Shown piece after piece: positions 9,459-19,886 of a stretch of 64,000 bases of DNA (its first letter is position 1; each line of letters opens with the position of its first letter). Below the pieces are notes generated by a model. The model had not been told where the DNA came from, did no database searches, and was given only the letters and a program-made list of their open reading frames with translations. A program made the translations under genes and the position numbers. The stretch is from Betaproteobacteria bacterium. Its GTDB lineage: Bacteria > Pseudomonadota > Gammaproteobacteria > Burkholderiales > SG8-41. The stretch spans positions 227,734 through 291,733 of the forward strand of contig JAKFYK010000036.1 in the NCBI GenBank assembly GCA_021730905.1. Direction: 5' to 3'.

Positions 9459-10592
9459 CTACTTAAGCAATAAATTGACCAGAATCTGCCGGTAAATTTT
9501 TTGCAGCGGCTCAATCTCATCCACACCCACGCATTCGTTCAGCTTGTGGATGGTGGCGTTGGTAGGGCCAAACTCCACCACTTGCGGACAGATATCCGCG
9601 ATGAAACGGCCATCCGAAGTGCCGCCGGTGGTTGAAAGTTCGGTGTCGACGCCGGTGACGGATTTGATTGCGCGCGCCACCGCATCTACCAGATCGCCGC
9701 GCTGGGTGAGAAACGGCCGGCCGTCGACGCGCCAGTCCAGGTCGTAGGTCACACCATGCCGGTCCAGAATATTCACCACGCGTGTTTGCAGTGATTCCGT
9801 GGTGCTTGCGGTCGAATGCCGGAAATTGAAGCGAACGTGCGCAGCACCGGGAATCACATTGTTGGCGCCGGTGCCCGAATTGAAATTGGAAATCTGCCAG
9901 GTGGTCGGCGGAAAGTATTCGTTGCCGTTGTCCCATTTGGTTTGCGCCAGTTCGGCGATGGCGGAGGCGATTTCGTGTATCGGGTTGCGCGCCATATCGG
10001 GATAGGCGACGTGGCCCTGCACGCCATTCACGGTGAGGATGCCGGTGAGCGAGCCGCGGCGGCCGTTCTTGATCATGTCGCCTAGTTTTTTCACCGACGT
10101 CGGTTCGCCGACGATGCAGTAATCGAGCTTTTCGCCGCGCGCCGCCAGTGCTTCCACCACGCGCACGGTGCCATCGATGGCCGGGCCTTCTTCGTCCGAG
10201 GTGAACATCACCGCCAGCGAACCCAGGTGATCGGGATGTTCGTTGACGAAATCACGCAGCGCCAGCACGAACGCGGCAAGCGAGGTCTTCATGTCGGATG
10301 CGCCACGCCCATACAGCCAGCCGTCGCGTATCGTCGGCGTGAACGGATCGCTCTTCCATTGATCAAGCGGGCCGGTCGGCACCACGTCGGTGTGTCCAGC
10401 AAAGCAGATGAGCGGTTTTGCCGTGCCGCGCCGCGCCCACAGATTGTCCACGCCGCCCATGGAGATTTTTTCGCACTTGAAGCCCAGTGGCTCCAGAATG
10501 TCGATCAGGATGTCGAGGCAGCCCGCGTCTTCGGGTGATACCGAGTTGCGCGCGATGAGCTGTTTGGCCAGTTCCAGCGTATTGATTTCCAC
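9459..10592 (-). CDS. dapE: Succinyl-diaminopimelate desuccinylase (M20 family)
   Basis: ORF 9459..10949 trimmed to GTG 10592 (AAGGAG upstream), giving 377 aa. Motifs [33 protein letters not shown]. Confidence 0.85.
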   Translation of the reverse strand: MEINTLELAKQLIARNSVSPEDAGCLDILIDILEPLGFKCEKISMGGVDNLWARRGTAKPLICFAGHTDVVPTGPLDQWKSDPFTPTIRDGWLYGRGASDMKTSLAAFVLALRDFVNEHPDHLGSLAVMFTSDEEGPAIDGTVRVVEALAARGEKLDYCIVGEPTSVKKLGDMIKNGRRGSLTGILTVNGVQGHVAYPDMARNPIHEIASAIAELAQTKWDNGNEYFPPTTWQISNFNSGTGANNVIPGAAHVRFNFRHSTASTTESLQTRVVNILDRHGVTYDLDWRVDGRPFLTQRGDLVDAVARAIKSVTGVDTELSTTGGTSDGRFIADICPQVVEFGPTNATIHKLNECVGVDEIEPLQKIYRQILVNLLLK

Positions 10593-10698
10593 GGGGTCAA
10601 TTCTCCTTGCGATGCTTGACGAGCAGCGAATCTTATCAAAGAGCGGGTAAAATCCGCAGTGCTTCAACAAATCCGATTCTTCAATTTTTGCGCCTGCC

Positions 10699-11691
10699 AT
10701 GCCTGCTTTGCTGATTTCACACATTTGCCACACGATGTTCGGTGCTGAACTTGCCGCAGCGATTGCCCGTCTCAAATTGCCGCTTGAGGTGCTGGTGTTG
10801 CCGGCAGACAAGGAGGCACGGCTTTCCGCAGCCGACATTGCGCGTATCGAGGTGGCTTTTTTTTCGCAGGATATTGTTCCCGATTTCTCGCGGCAGTTTT
10901 TTTCGGCGGTGCGCAAAGCCCCCAATGTGAAGTGGCTGCATGTTTTCAACGTTGGTGTAGATCATCCGATTTTCACCGAGATGCTGGCGCGCGGCGTGCG
11001 GCTCACCACATCGGCGGGCACCACCGCGGAACCCATTGCGCAAACGGCGTTGACCGGACTGCTGATGCTGGCCCGCGGCTTTCCGCACTGGCTTAAAGCA
11101 CAGGCGGCGCATCGCTGGGAGCCGATCCGACTGCAGGAATCACCGCGCGATCTGTCGGGGCAGACGGTGCTGGTCTATGGTTTGGGTGAAATCGGCAGGG
11201 AATTTGCCCGTCTGGCAAAAGCGTTGGGCATGCGCGTGATCGGCGTGCGTCGCGGCCCGCGCAAGACTGACGATCCGGTGGACGAAATGCACACGCCCGA
11301 TCAACTCGATGCGCTGTTGCCACGCGTCGAATGGCTGATGCTGGCGTGTCCGCTCACGCCGGAAACCCGCGGGCTGATCACAGAAAAGCGGCTGGCGATG
11401 TTGCCGAAGGGCGCTTGCATCATCAATATTGCACGCGGTGAAGTCATCGACGAAGCGGCGATGATAGCCGCGTTGAACGGCGATCATATTGCCGGCGCAT
11501 ATCTCGATGTGTTTGAGCAGGAGCCGCTGCCCGCCGCGTCGCCGTTGTGGAACATGCCCAACGTGATTGTGACGCCACACAATTCTTCTTCCGCACTGGG
11601 CAACGAGCAGCGTGTGTTCGAGGTCTTTGTGCGCAATCTCGAGCGCTGGCAGCGCGGCGAAGCATTGATCAACGAATTCATTTCATCCTAA
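10699..11691 (+). CDS. D-isomer-specific 2-hydroxyacid dehydrogenase family protein
   Basis: [20 protein letters not shown] (GxGxxG), [16 protein letters not shown]. Confidence 0.8.
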   Translation: MPALLISHICHTMFGAELAAAIARLKLPLEVLVLPADKEARLSAADIARIEVAFFSQDIVPDFSRQFFSAVRKAPNVKWLHVFNVGVDHPIFTEMLARGVRLTTSAGTTAEPIAQTALTGLLMLARGFPHWLKAQAAHRWEPIRLQESPRDLSGQTVLVYGLGEIGREFARLAKALGMRVIGVRRGPRKTDDPVDEMHTPDQLDALLPRVEWLMLACPLTPETRGLITEKRLAMLPKGACIINIARGEVIDEAAMIAALNGDHIAGAYLDVFEQEPLPAASPLWNMPNVIVTPHNSSSALGNEQRVFEVFVRNLERWQRGEALINEFISS

Positions 11692-11713
11692 TAATATTCG
11701 AGGAAAAATCTTT

Positions 11714-12676
11714 ATGAAAGAAATACTAATAGTTGCCGCCTGTGCAGTGCTCGGCCATGCCGCAGCGGCGGTCGCCCAGACTTACCCTGCGAAAACGGTG
11801 CGCATCGTGGTGCCGTTCGTTGCCGGCGGCAACACCGATTTCACCGGCCGCACCATCGGCGCCAAACTCACCGAAGCGCTGGGCCAGCAGTTCATTGTCG
11901 ATAACCGCCCCGGCGGCTACACCAACATCGGCGCCGACTTGGTGGTCAAGTCGCCGCCCGACGGCTACAGCGTGCTGCTGGCGAGTGCGGCGAGCGCCAT
12001 CAACGTTGCCGTAGTGGCAAAAATGCCGTTCGATCTGCAGCGCGATCTGGCGCCGGTCATTCTGTGCGTGAAAGGCGCCAACGTGCTGGTGATACATCCG
12101 TCGCTGCCGGCAAAAAATCTGCAGGAACTGATCGCGCTGGCCAAGACCAGGCCGGGGCAGCTCAATTATGGAACGTCCGGCATCGCCAGCTCCAACCACA
12201 TGGCGGGAGAACTGCTCGTTCACATGTCCGGCATCAAGATCAACCATGTGCCATACAAGGGCAACGCACCCGCGCTTACCGACCTGATCGGCGGCCACAT
12301 CGAAATGAGCATCAGCGGCGTGCCGGTGCTGGTGCCGCACATCAAGAGCGGGCGCATGCGCGCCGTCGGCATTGGCAGCCTGAAACGCTTCCCGGCGATT
12401 CCCGACGTGCCGACCTTCGACGAACAGGGACTCAAAGGCTACGAGGCCTCGACCTGGTTCGGTCTGTTTGCGCCGGCAAAAACGCCGCGCGATATCATCG
12501 TCAAAATTAATACCGAGGTCGGCAAGGTGCTCGCCAGCAAGGACATCCGCGACCGCTACCTGGTGGAGGGACTGGAGCCGCAGGGCGGATCGCCGGAAGA
12601 CTTCGCAAAATTTGTAAGTTCGGAAATCGCGCTTTACGCGCGGCTGGCGAAAGCGGCAAACTTGCCCAAGTTGTAG
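11714..12676 (+). CDS. Bug/TctC-family substrate-binding protein
   Basis: Signal ...AAAVAQ, then TYPAKTVRIVVPFVAGGNTD, SSNHM, VPYKGNAPA. Confidence 0.9.
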   Translation: MKEILIVAACAVLGHAAAAVAQTYPAKTVRIVVPFVAGGNTDFTGRTIGAKLTEALGQQFIVDNRPGGYTNIGADLVVKSPPDGYSVLLASAASAINVAVVAKMPFDLQRDLAPVILCVKGANVLVIHPSLPAKNLQELIALAKTRPGQLNYGTSGIASSNHMAGELLVHMSGIKINHVPYKGNAPALTDLIGGHIEMSISGVPVLVPHIKSGRMRAVGIGSLKRFPAIPDVPTFDEQGLKGYEASTWFGLFAPAKTPRDIIVKINTEVGKVLASKDIRDRYLVEGLEPQGGSPEDFAKFVSSEIALYARLAKAANLPKL

Positions 12677-12753
12677 ACGGCGCCAGAGAGGGAATTTCAT
12701 TGTACTTCGACCACATCGATTAAGCCGAGTTACTCATAGCCTCAGGAGCAAGC

Positions 12754-13101
12754 ATGCGTATCCATAACCTGTACACCGACGCCGATGGAGAATCCCATTT
12801 TCGCAACATCGAAGTCGAGTGGGCCGAAGAGCGGCGCGGCAGCAAACTCTCGAAGCGCCTGCCGGCGACCGGCATTATCTTTCGCGAGACCAAGCCGGAA
12901 AACACGGTCGACTGGCATACAGCGCCACGCCGCCAATACATCGTTAATCTCGAGTCCGGCGTCAAGATCACCGCCAGCGACGGTGAAAGCCGTGTAATCG
13001 GTACCGGCGAAGTTCTTCTGGTGGAGGACACTACCGGTAAGGGGCATGTGTCACAGGGGCTTGGCGCGTTGCGACGCAGTCTTTTTATACCCATCGAATA
13101 G
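12754..13101 (+). CDS. Small cupin-like hypothetical protein
   Basis: ORF track, 115 aa. Beta-rich, ...GEVLLVEDTTGKGH. The family is not securely recognised. Confidence 0.5.
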   Translation: MRIHNLYTDADGESHFRNIEVEWAEERRGSKLSKRLPATGIIFRETKPENTVDWHTAPRRQYIVNLESGVKITASDGESRVIGTGEVLLVEDTTGKGHVSQGLGALRRSLFIPIE

Positions 13102-13161
13102 CGGCATCCGGAGAGCATTTCCGATTGTTATCGGGTTCTCTCTCGTTGCGGACACGAACCA

Positions 13162-14340
13162 TTGTTCTTTGAAAACATAGATTTTTCGTCCCTTGAACTT
13201 CCGCCCGCTGCGCTCAAGCTGCGCGACGAAGTCCGCGCGTTTCTGCGGCAGGAGATCGCTGCAGGCAGCTTTGTGCCGCATCTGGGGCACGCCGAATTCG
13301 ATAGCGCGTTCACGAAGAAGGTCGCGGCGCGCGGCTGGATCGGCCTGACCTGGCCCAAACAATACGGCGGGCAGGAACGCTCGTATCTTGAACGTTTCGT
13401 GATGACTGAGGAAATGCTCGCCGTGGCGGCACCGTGCGCCGCACACTGGTTCGGCGACCGCCAGACCGGGCCGAGTCTGTTGCGCTACGGCAGCGACTAT
13501 CTCAAGGACAAATACTTGCCGGCGATAACGCGCGGCGAAATGGCATTCGCGCTGGGCATGAGCGAGCCGGGTTCCGGTTCCGATCTCGCATCGGTGCGTA
13601 CCCGCGCTGAACCTGTCGATGGCGGCTGGCGGGTCACCGGGCAAAAAGTGTGGACGAGTTGGGCGCACAAAGCTGATGCGTTTTTCGTGCTGTGCCGCAC
13701 CGCGCCGCTGACCGAAGATCGTCACGCAGGATTATCGCAACTGATTGTGGAGATCAAAAATTCGTCCGGCGTCACGGTGCGGCCGATACGTTTCATGAAC
13801 GGCAACCACCATTTCAACGAGGTGTTCCTCGACAACGTGTTCGTGCCTGACGATCACGTGGTGGGCGAAGTCGGCCAAGGGTGGAAGCAGATTACCTCGG
13901 AACTGGCGCTGGAACGCAGCGGCCCGGAACGCTTCATGACCACGTTTCCGCTGCTGGTGGAACTGGTGCGACGACTGGCCAAAAGTGACGATGCCCGGGC
14001 ACAAGAAATGGTCGGCCGCCTCACCGCGCGCCTGTGGACGCTGCGCCGCATGTCGCTGGCCATCGCACTGGCGCTTGACCCGTCATCCGGCAAACAGGGC
14101 TCGGTCGACCTCGCCACCGAAGCCGCGCTGGTAAAGGATATGGGCACGTTCTACGAGCGCGAGATCATCGATGCCGCGCGCGTGCTGGTCACGGTGGAGC
14201 CGACGATGGACGCGGCCGATACCTTCGAACGCTATCTCGCGGAGTGTATTGTCAGCGCGCCGGTTTCCACCATACGTGGCGGCACCACACAGGTACTGCG
14301 CACTTTGATTGCGCGGCGTTTGCTGGGCTCTCTCAAATGA
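13162..14340 (+). CDS. Acyl-CoA dehydrogenase family protein (subunit 1 of a pair)
   Basis: ORF with a TTG start (uncertain). ...GMSEPGSGSDLASVRTRA..., WTSWAH. The expected C-terminal YEGT reads RGGT by eye. Confidence 0.8.
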   Translation: MFFENIDFSSLELPPAALKLRDEVRAFLRQEIAAGSFVPHLGHAEFDSAFTKKVAARGWIGLTWPKQYGGQERSYLERFVMTEEMLAVAAPCAAHWFGDRQTGPSLLRYGSDYLKDKYLPAITRGEMAFALGMSEPGSGSDLASVRTRAEPVDGGWRVTGQKVWTSWAHKADAFFVLCRTAPLTEDRHAGLSQLIVEIKNSSGVTVRPIRFMNGNHHFNEVFLDNVFVPDDHVVGEVGQGWKQITSELALERSGPERFMTTFPLLVELVRRLAKSDDARAQEMVGRLTARLWTLRRMSLAIALALDPSSGKQGSVDLATEAALVKDMGTFYEREIIDAARVLVTVEPTMDAADTFERYLAECIVSAPVSTIRGGTTQVLRTLIARRLLGSLK

Positions 14341-15443
14341 ATAGTGCAACCGAAATCCGCACCATGCTGTGCGACGCGGCGACGCGTTTGTTCGCCGATC
14401 ATGTCGATCAAAAAATGCTGGCCGCAGCCAAACACGATGGCTGGTCGGCAGCGTTGTGGAAGGAACTGGAACAAGCCGAGTTGCCGCTGGTGGGCGTGCC
14501 GGAAGATGCGGGCGGCGCGGGCGGCTCGTTGTCGGATGCCGCTGCAGTGCTGCGCATTTCGGCGCGGCATGCCGCGCCGGTGCCGCTGGCGGAAACCGCG
14601 CTCGCCGGGTGGCTGCTTGCAAGCGTGGGGCTCAAAGTGCCGCGCGGACCACTGACTATTGGCCCGGTGCTGGACGAAAAACTCACGGCCGTGAAAGACG
14701 GTACGGTCTGGCGTGTATCTGGCAAATTGACGCGCGTGCCGTTCGCGCGCATCGCCAAACAACTGGTGCTGCTGGCAGATTCGGCACAGGGCTTGATGGT
14801 GGTCAACATCGATACCACCGAGAAGCACGCCGAGTGCCGCATCACGCCGGGGCGCAATTTGGGTTACGAACCGCGCGACGAGGTCGTGCTCGATAACGTT
14901 GCCGCTCTCGCCGCAGCACCCGCCGCTGCGGGCATCACGCGCGCAAGCCTGCAGGCGCGCGGCGCGCTGCTGCGGGCGGTGCAAATCGGCGGCGCGCTGG
15001 AACAGGCACTGCATCTCTCCTGCGAATATGCCAAACAGCGCGTTCAGTTCGGACGCAAGATCGCGCAGTTTCAGGCGATCCAGCAGGAACTCGCACGTTG
15101 CGGCGGCGAAGTCGCGGCAGCCGTGGCAGCGGCACTGTCGGCAGCGGGCATGGTCGAACGTCTGACAAATGACCACAGAGCCGATGCCGTGCAGCAAACA
15201 TTGATGGCGGCGGCTGCCGCAAAAATTCGCGCGGCCGATGCGGCGCGCGAGGCGGTAGCGATTGCGCATCAGGTACATGGCGCGATTGGCGTGACCGACG
15301 AATACGCGCTGCATCATGTTACCTTGCGCGCACTGGCGTGGCGCGAGGAATTCGGCAATGAAGCATACTGGTCGATGACGTTGGGGCGCGCGATGCTGGC
15401 GGCGGGCGCCGATGCGTATTGGACGGCGCTCAGCGCGGCGTAA
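14337..15443 (+). CDS. Acyl-CoA dehydrogenase family protein (subunit 2 of a pair)
   Basis: ORF 14244..15443 trimmed to ATG 14337. ATGA overlap with the upstream ACAD stop. ...QRVQFGRKIAQFQAIQQELA.... Confidence 0.75.
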   Translation: MNSATEIRTMLCDAATRLFADHVDQKMLAAAKHDGWSAALWKELEQAELPLVGVPEDAGGAGGSLSDAAAVLRISARHAAPVPLAETALAGWLLASVGLKVPRGPLTIGPVLDEKLTAVKDGTVWRVSGKLTRVPFARIAKQLVLLADSAQGLMVVNIDTTEKHAECRITPGRNLGYEPRDEVVLDNVAALAAAPAAAGITRASLQARGALLRAVQIGGALEQALHLSCEYAKQRVQFGRKIAQFQAIQQELARCGGEVAAAVAAALSAAGMVERLTNDHRADAVQQTLMAAAAAKIRAADAAREAVAIAHQVHGAIGVTDEYALHHVTLRALAWREEFGNEAYWSMTLGRAMLAAGADAYWTALSAA

Positions 15444-15519
15444 TGCAGCGGGACGGCGATGCAGTGTAGGATGGACAAAATCCCTAGCGTGAACAACCAT
15501 CTTTCTTACCCTATAAAAT

Positions 15520-16524
15520 ATGTTTAAAAACAAATGCTTACTATATTTCGTGCTGCTGTACCTACCGCATACTGCACCGGCGCTCGCCCAGTCTGCGGCG
15601 GCAGGTGCCGGACAGGCGTGGTCGCCCACCAGGAACGTCGAGATCATCGTCAGTTCGGTGCCCGGCGGCAGCAACGACAAGACCGGCCGCGAGATCGAAA
15701 AGGCGCTCAACGAATTAAAACTCGTGCCTACATCGACGACCATTATCGGTAAACCCGGCGGCGGCGGCGGCATCGCGATGGCTTACACCAATCAGCACGC
15801 GGGCGACGGACATTATCTGATGGTGGCAACCTCGTCGATCAACAGCAACCACATCATCGGCGCGAGCAAATTGACCTACAACGACTTCACGCCGATAGCC
15901 ATGCTGGTCAACGATTACGTGGTATTTGCGGTGAAGGCGGATTCGCCGCTGAAGACCGCTAAAGATGTGATGGCGCAATTCAAGGCCAAACCCCAATCCG
16001 TCGCAATGGGATTCGCCAACACGTTCGGCGGCAGCCGCCACGTTGCGGCCGGGCTGCTGATCAAGGCACTGGGCGGAAATCCACGCGATCTGAAGACCGT
16101 GGTGTTCAAAGGTTCTGCCGAAGCGATTTCCGCGCTGCTCGGCGCACACCTCGAAATGGTAATCATCGGTGCGGTCAACGCGGTGGCGCACGTGCAGAGC
16201 GGACGCATGCGCGTGCTCGCGGTCACCGCACCGCAGCGGCTGACGGGCACGCTATCGTTCGTCCCGACATGGCGTGAACTCGGCGTGGATGTGGTGTCCG
16301 GCAGTTGGCGCGGCGTAATGGGACCGAAAGATCTGCCGCCTGCACAACTCGCGTTCTGGGAAAATGCGATGCGTCAGGTGTCGCAAAATGCCGGCTGGAA
16401 AACCGACCTGGAAAGAAATTACTGGTCGGAAGATTTCGCCGTCGGCGCGCAACTCAGAAAAGATCTTGAAAAAGATTATGTGGATACCAAAAAGATTCTG
16501 GTGGATATTGGACTGGCCAAGTAA
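15520..16524 (+). CDS. TctC-type substrate-binding protein (tandem copy 1)
   Basis: Signal MFKNKCLLYFVLLYLPHTAPALAQ, then QAWSPTRNVEIIVSSVPGGSNDKTGR. Ends ...LVDIGLAK. Codons 2-7 are encoded by AT box S4. Confidence 0.85.
   Translation: MFKNKCLLYFVLLYLPHTAPALAQSAAAGAGQAWSPTRNVEIIVSSVPGGSNDKTGREIEKALNELKLVPTSTTIIGKPGGGGGIAMAYTNQHAGDGHYLMVATSSINSNHIIGASKLTYNDFTPIAMLVNDYVVFAVKADSPLKTAKDVMAQFKAKPQSVAMGFANTFGGSRHVAAGLLIKALGGNPRDLKTVVFKGSAEAISALLGAHLEMVIIGAVNAVAHVQSGRMRVLAVTAPQRLTGTLSFVPTWRELGVDVVSGSWRGVMGPKDLPPAQLAFWENAMRQVSQNAGWKTDLERNYWSEDFAVGAQLRKDLEKDYVDTKKILVDIGLAK
15524..15540 (+). repeat. AT-rich box S4
   Basis: TTAAAAACAAATGCTTA. With its 5' flank AAATATGTT it matches S5 at 24 of 25 positions. 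It overlaps the start codon region of TctC gene 15520. Confidence 0.7.
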
Positions 16525-16550
16525 CAACCCCTTAACCGAGCGAGCATAAA

Positions 16551-17552
16551 TTGTTTAATAAGAAATATTTTCATATTGCCTTTGCATGGGCGGCGTTATG
16601 CAGCACCGCTGTCGCGCAACCCGCTTCGACAGGCTCAGGACAGGCATGGGTACCCACAAAAAATGTCGAGATCGTCGTCGGCTCAGCACCCGGCGGCAGC
16701 AACGACCGGACCGGACGTTCGGTCGAAAAACTGTTGAACGATCTGAAGCTGGTGCCGACTTCGCTCACCGTGGTCAACAAACCCGGCGGCGGCGGCAACA
16801 TCATGTTCAGCTACGTGAACCAGCACGCTGGGGACGCGCACTACCTGATGATAGGCACCACGGCAATGGTGACCAATCACATTGTCGGCTCTAGCAAAAT
16901 AAGCTACCTCGATTTCACGCCGATCGCGTCGCTGTTCAATGACTACGTGGTGTTCGCTGTCAACGCCAACTCACCCAGCAAAACCGGCAAGGATGTGATC
17001 GAGCGCCTGAAAAAAGATCCGCAATCGGTTCCCCTCGGCTTCGCCACGTCGCTCGGCAGCCACAACCACATCGCGGCGGGCCTGTTGATGAAAGCGATGG
17101 GCGCCAACGCGCGCGATCTGAAAGCGGTGGCATTCAAAGGCGCCGCCGAAGCCGTAACGGCATTGATGGGCGGGCATCTGGAACTCGTCACGACAGCAGG
17201 CGGTAACGTCGCCGCGCACGTGCAAAACGGCCGCGTGCGCGTGGTCGCCGTGTCGGCGGACAAACGGCTGCCGGGCTCGCTCGCCAACGTGCCGACATGG
17301 AAAGAGCAGGGCGTGAATCTCGTCTACGGCGGCTGGCGCTCGATCGTCGGGCCTAAAGGTCTTACCGCGCAGCAGGTCGCCTATTGGGAAGGCGCGTTGC
17401 GCAAAGCCTCGCAAAGCGCCGAATGGAAATCAGAGCTTGAACGCAACTACTGGTCGGACGATTTCGTCACCAGCGCGCAGTTTCGCAAAGACCTCGACAA
17501 AGATTATGCAGACATGAAAGCGGTGCTGATGGATCTGGGATTGGCACGATAA
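16551..17552 (+). CDS. TctC-type substrate-binding protein (tandem copy 2)
   Basis: TTG start. MFNKKYFHIAFAWAALCSTAVAQ, then QAWVPTKNVEIVVGSAPGGSNDRTGR. Alignable to the upstream gene along its full length. Confidence 0.85.
   Translation: MFNKKYFHIAFAWAALCSTAVAQPASTGSGQAWVPTKNVEIVVGSAPGGSNDRTGRSVEKLLNDLKLVPTSLTVVNKPGGGGNIMFSYVNQHAGDAHYLMIGTTAMVTNHIVGSSKISYLDFTPIASLFNDYVVFAVNANSPSKTGKDVIERLKKDPQSVPLGFATSLGSHNHIAAGLLMKAMGANARDLKAVAFKGAAEAVTALMGGHLELVTTAGGNVAAHVQNGRVRVVAVSADKRLPGSLANVPTWKEQGVNLVYGGWRSIVGPKGLTAQQVAYWEGALRKASQSAEWKSELERNYWSDDFVTSAQFRKDLDKDYADMKAVLMDLGLAR
16555..16571 (+). repeat. AT-rich box S10 (degenerate)
   Basis: TTAATAAGAAATATTTT has 3-4 mismatches. It occupies the same position in the tandem paralog as S4. 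Confidence 0.35.
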
Positions 17553-17595
17553 GTTTTTCCATGAACCTTCAGATGATCAGGGGAGACACAAGACG

Positions 17596-18813
17596 ATGAA
17601 TTCCGCAGCGTTCGCTTCGTTTGACTTCGCGCCGCTTTTGCCCGCGGGTCTGCCGCCGGCAGTTGCGCGCTGGACCGGGCGTGTCAAATTTGATTTCACC
17701 GGCGGCAACAATGACGCCGACGCGCTGCCGCTCGAGGGACTGGTTGCGGCCGTCACTGCGGTGTTGAGACGCGAGGGACGCTCGCTCTCAACCTATGGGC
17801 TCTCCAGCGGCCCGCAGGGCTACCGGCCACTGCGCGAGTTCCTCGTCGCCAAACTCAAGGCCGATGCGGGTATTGCCTGCACGGCCGACGACATCCTGAT
17901 CACGTCGGGTTCGCTACAGGCGCTCGACCTGGTCAACGCCACGCTGCTCGCGCGCGGCGATACCGTCATCATCGAAGAAGACTGCTATCAGGGATCGATC
18001 AACCGGCTGACCCGTCTCGGCGTCACGCCCATCGGCATCCCGCTCGACCGCGATGGCATGCGCATCGACGCGCTGGCGGCCGCGCTCGGCGATCTCAAGC
18101 GCAAGGGCATACGGCCAAAATACATCTATACCATCCCGACCGTGCAAAATCCGACCGGCACCATCCTGCCTGTCGAACGACGCCAGGATATGCTGCGGTT
18201 GTCAGCCGCGCATGGCGTGCCGATTTTCGAGGACGATTGCTATGCCGACCTGATCTGGTCGGGCGAGCGCCCTCCTGCGCTCCATGCCATGAGCGAGCGC
18301 GGCGGTGTCATCCACATTGGTTCGTTCTCGAAATCGATTGCGCCGGCGCTGCGGGTCGGCTATATCGTGGCGCCGTGGGACGTGATGTCGCGCACGCTTG
18401 CACTCAAAACCGACGGCGGTTCCGGTGCGCTGGAGCAGATGGTGCTGGCCGAATATTGCACGGCCAATTTTTCCAGGCACGTGCCCATGCTGCGGCGCAG
18501 CCTGCGCGCCAAGCTCGAGACGCTGATGGAATCGCTTAAACAGAACTTCGGGGCGTCGGTGGAGTTCGATGATCCCAAGGGCGGTATCTTCCTCTGGGTC
18601 AAGCTCCCTGACGGCGTCGACACATTGAAGCTCTACCAGGCCGCACTCGCTGCAGGCGTCGCGATCAATCCGGGACCCGAGTGGTCGGTGAACAAGAGTC
18701 GCGCCCGCAACCGGTTACGGCTGTGCTTCGCAAGCCCGAGCCACGAGGAAATTAACCAAGGCGTCACGACGCTGGCTGAGGTCTGCCGGCACGAGTTTGG
18801 CGTGCCTGCGTAG
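17596..18813 (+). CDS. PLP-dependent aminotransferase (class I/II fold)
   Basis: SFSKSIAPALRVGY (PLP-lysine motif), NPTGTILP, ...LRLCFASPS.... Confidence 0.8.
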   Translation: MNSAAFASFDFAPLLPAGLPPAVARWTGRVKFDFTGGNNDADALPLEGLVAAVTAVLRREGRSLSTYGLSSGPQGYRPLREFLVAKLKADAGIACTADDILITSGSLQALDLVNATLLARGDTVIIEEDCYQGSINRLTRLGVTPIGIPLDRDGMRIDALAAALGDLKRKGIRPKYIYTIPTVQNPTGTILPVERRQDMLRLSAAHGVPIFEDDCYADLIWSGERPPALHAMSERGGVIHIGSFSKSIAPALRVGYIVAPWDVMSRTLALKTDGGSGALEQMVLAEYCTANFSRHVPMLRRSLRAKLETLMESLKQNFGASVEFDDPKGGIFLWVKLPDGVDTLKLYQAALAAGVAINPGPEWSVNKSRARNRLRLCFASPSHEEINQGVTTLAEVCRHEFGVPA

Positions 18814-18890
18814 CGCAGTAGTGTGGCCGGAGCGCGTTTTCCGGCACCGTTTAAAACCCGCCTGCGCGTCTTACTCAGGAGGTCACGGAT

Positions 18891-19886
18891 ATGGTCAGTC
18901 ACGGTACCGGCAGAATTCAGCCGCCAGGCATTCTCGCTCTGCTATTTGCTGTTGCCATCATGGCAATGCCGGGGCTCGCGCTGGCCCAACAGAAGTTTCC
19001 CACGAAGCCGATTCGTCTGGTGGTGGCGTTCACCGCAGGGGGCACTACGGACATCCTCGCGCGACTGATCACGCCGGGGATGACCGAGGTGTGGGGGCAG
19101 CCGATGGTGATCGAACCGCGCCCCGGCGCAGGCGGCACGCTCGCTGCGGCTATCGTCGCCAAGGCCGCTCCCGACGGCTACACGCTGCTGGCGACTTCGC
19201 CCGCGTTTGCAATCAGCGCGGTGCTGAACACCAACCTTCCCTACGATCCGCTTAAGGATTTCGTGGGTGTCGGCGAGATCGGCTACAGCACCACCGTACT
19301 GGTCGTGTCGCCCTCGCTGGGCGTGAAAACGGTGAAGGAATTTGTTGCGGCTGCGAACACAAGACCCGGCAAGCTTTTATTCGGCTCCACCGGTGCCGCC
19401 ACGTCAACGCACTTCAGCGCCGAGCGGTTTCGAGCGGTCACCGGCATCAGGGCGCAGCATGTGGCGTTTAAGGGCCAGCCGGAATTCCTGATCGAAATCG
19501 TGGCGGACCGCATTCAGTTCGGTGCTCCGGGATTGACGGTTGCGCTGCCGTTGATCAAGGACGGCAAGCTGGTGCCGCTGGCAGTGGCGACACCGCAGCG
19601 CACCCCAGCGCTGCCGGATGTTCCGGCGGCACCGGAAGTGCTGCCGGCGTGGGGGCGGGATGGGTCGCAGGCGTGGTATGCGCCGGCCGGCACACCGCGC
19701 GCCATCCGGCAGCAGATCGGCAGGGAGATAGCGCGCAACCTCGCGCTGCCCGAGGTCAGGCAGCGACTGCAAAACCTCGGATTTCACATCGCGCCAACGA
19801 CACCGGAGGAGCACGACAAAAATCTGCGCGCTGACATCGCGGTGTTTTCCCAGATCGCCAGGGAGTCCGGCCTTAAACCCAAGTGA
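18891..19886 (+). CDS. Bug/TctC-family substrate-binding protein
   Basis: AGGAGG RBS. Signal ...GLALAQQ, then KFPTKPIRLVVAFTAGGTTD. Confidence 0.9.
   Translation: MVSHGTGRIQPPGILALLFAVAIMAMPGLALAQQKFPTKPIRLVVAFTAGGTTDILARLITPGMTEVWGQPMVIEPRPGAGGTLAAAIVAKAAPDGYTLLATSPAFAISAVLNTNLPYDPLKDFVGVGEIGYSTTVLVVSPSLGVKTVKEFVAAANTRPGKLLFGSTGAATSTHFSAERFRAVTGIRAQHVAFKGQPEFLIEIVADRIQFGAPGLTVALPLIKDGKLVPLAVATPQRTPALPDVPAAPEVLPAWGRDGSQAWYAPAGTPRAIRQQIGREIARNLALPEVRQRLQNLGFHIAPTTPEEHDKNLRADIAVFSQIARESGLKPK

Noticed and set aside
14232-15773. Long ORFs lying opposite strongly recognisable genes: 14232..15773 (-, 513 aa), 33243..34625 (+, 460 aa), 41627..42853 (-, 408 aa), 40428..41540 (-, 370 aa), 45915..47018 (-, 367 aa), 19894..20943 (+, 349 aa), 4920..5717 (-), 11726..12700 (-), 32333..33364 (-) and 28458..29300 (-).
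   Set aside because: These are Arg/Ala/Gly/His-rich low-complexity translations with no recognisable motifs. Each fully overlaps a gene with clear family signatures on the other strand. This is the typical antisense shadow of GC3-rich coding DNA.
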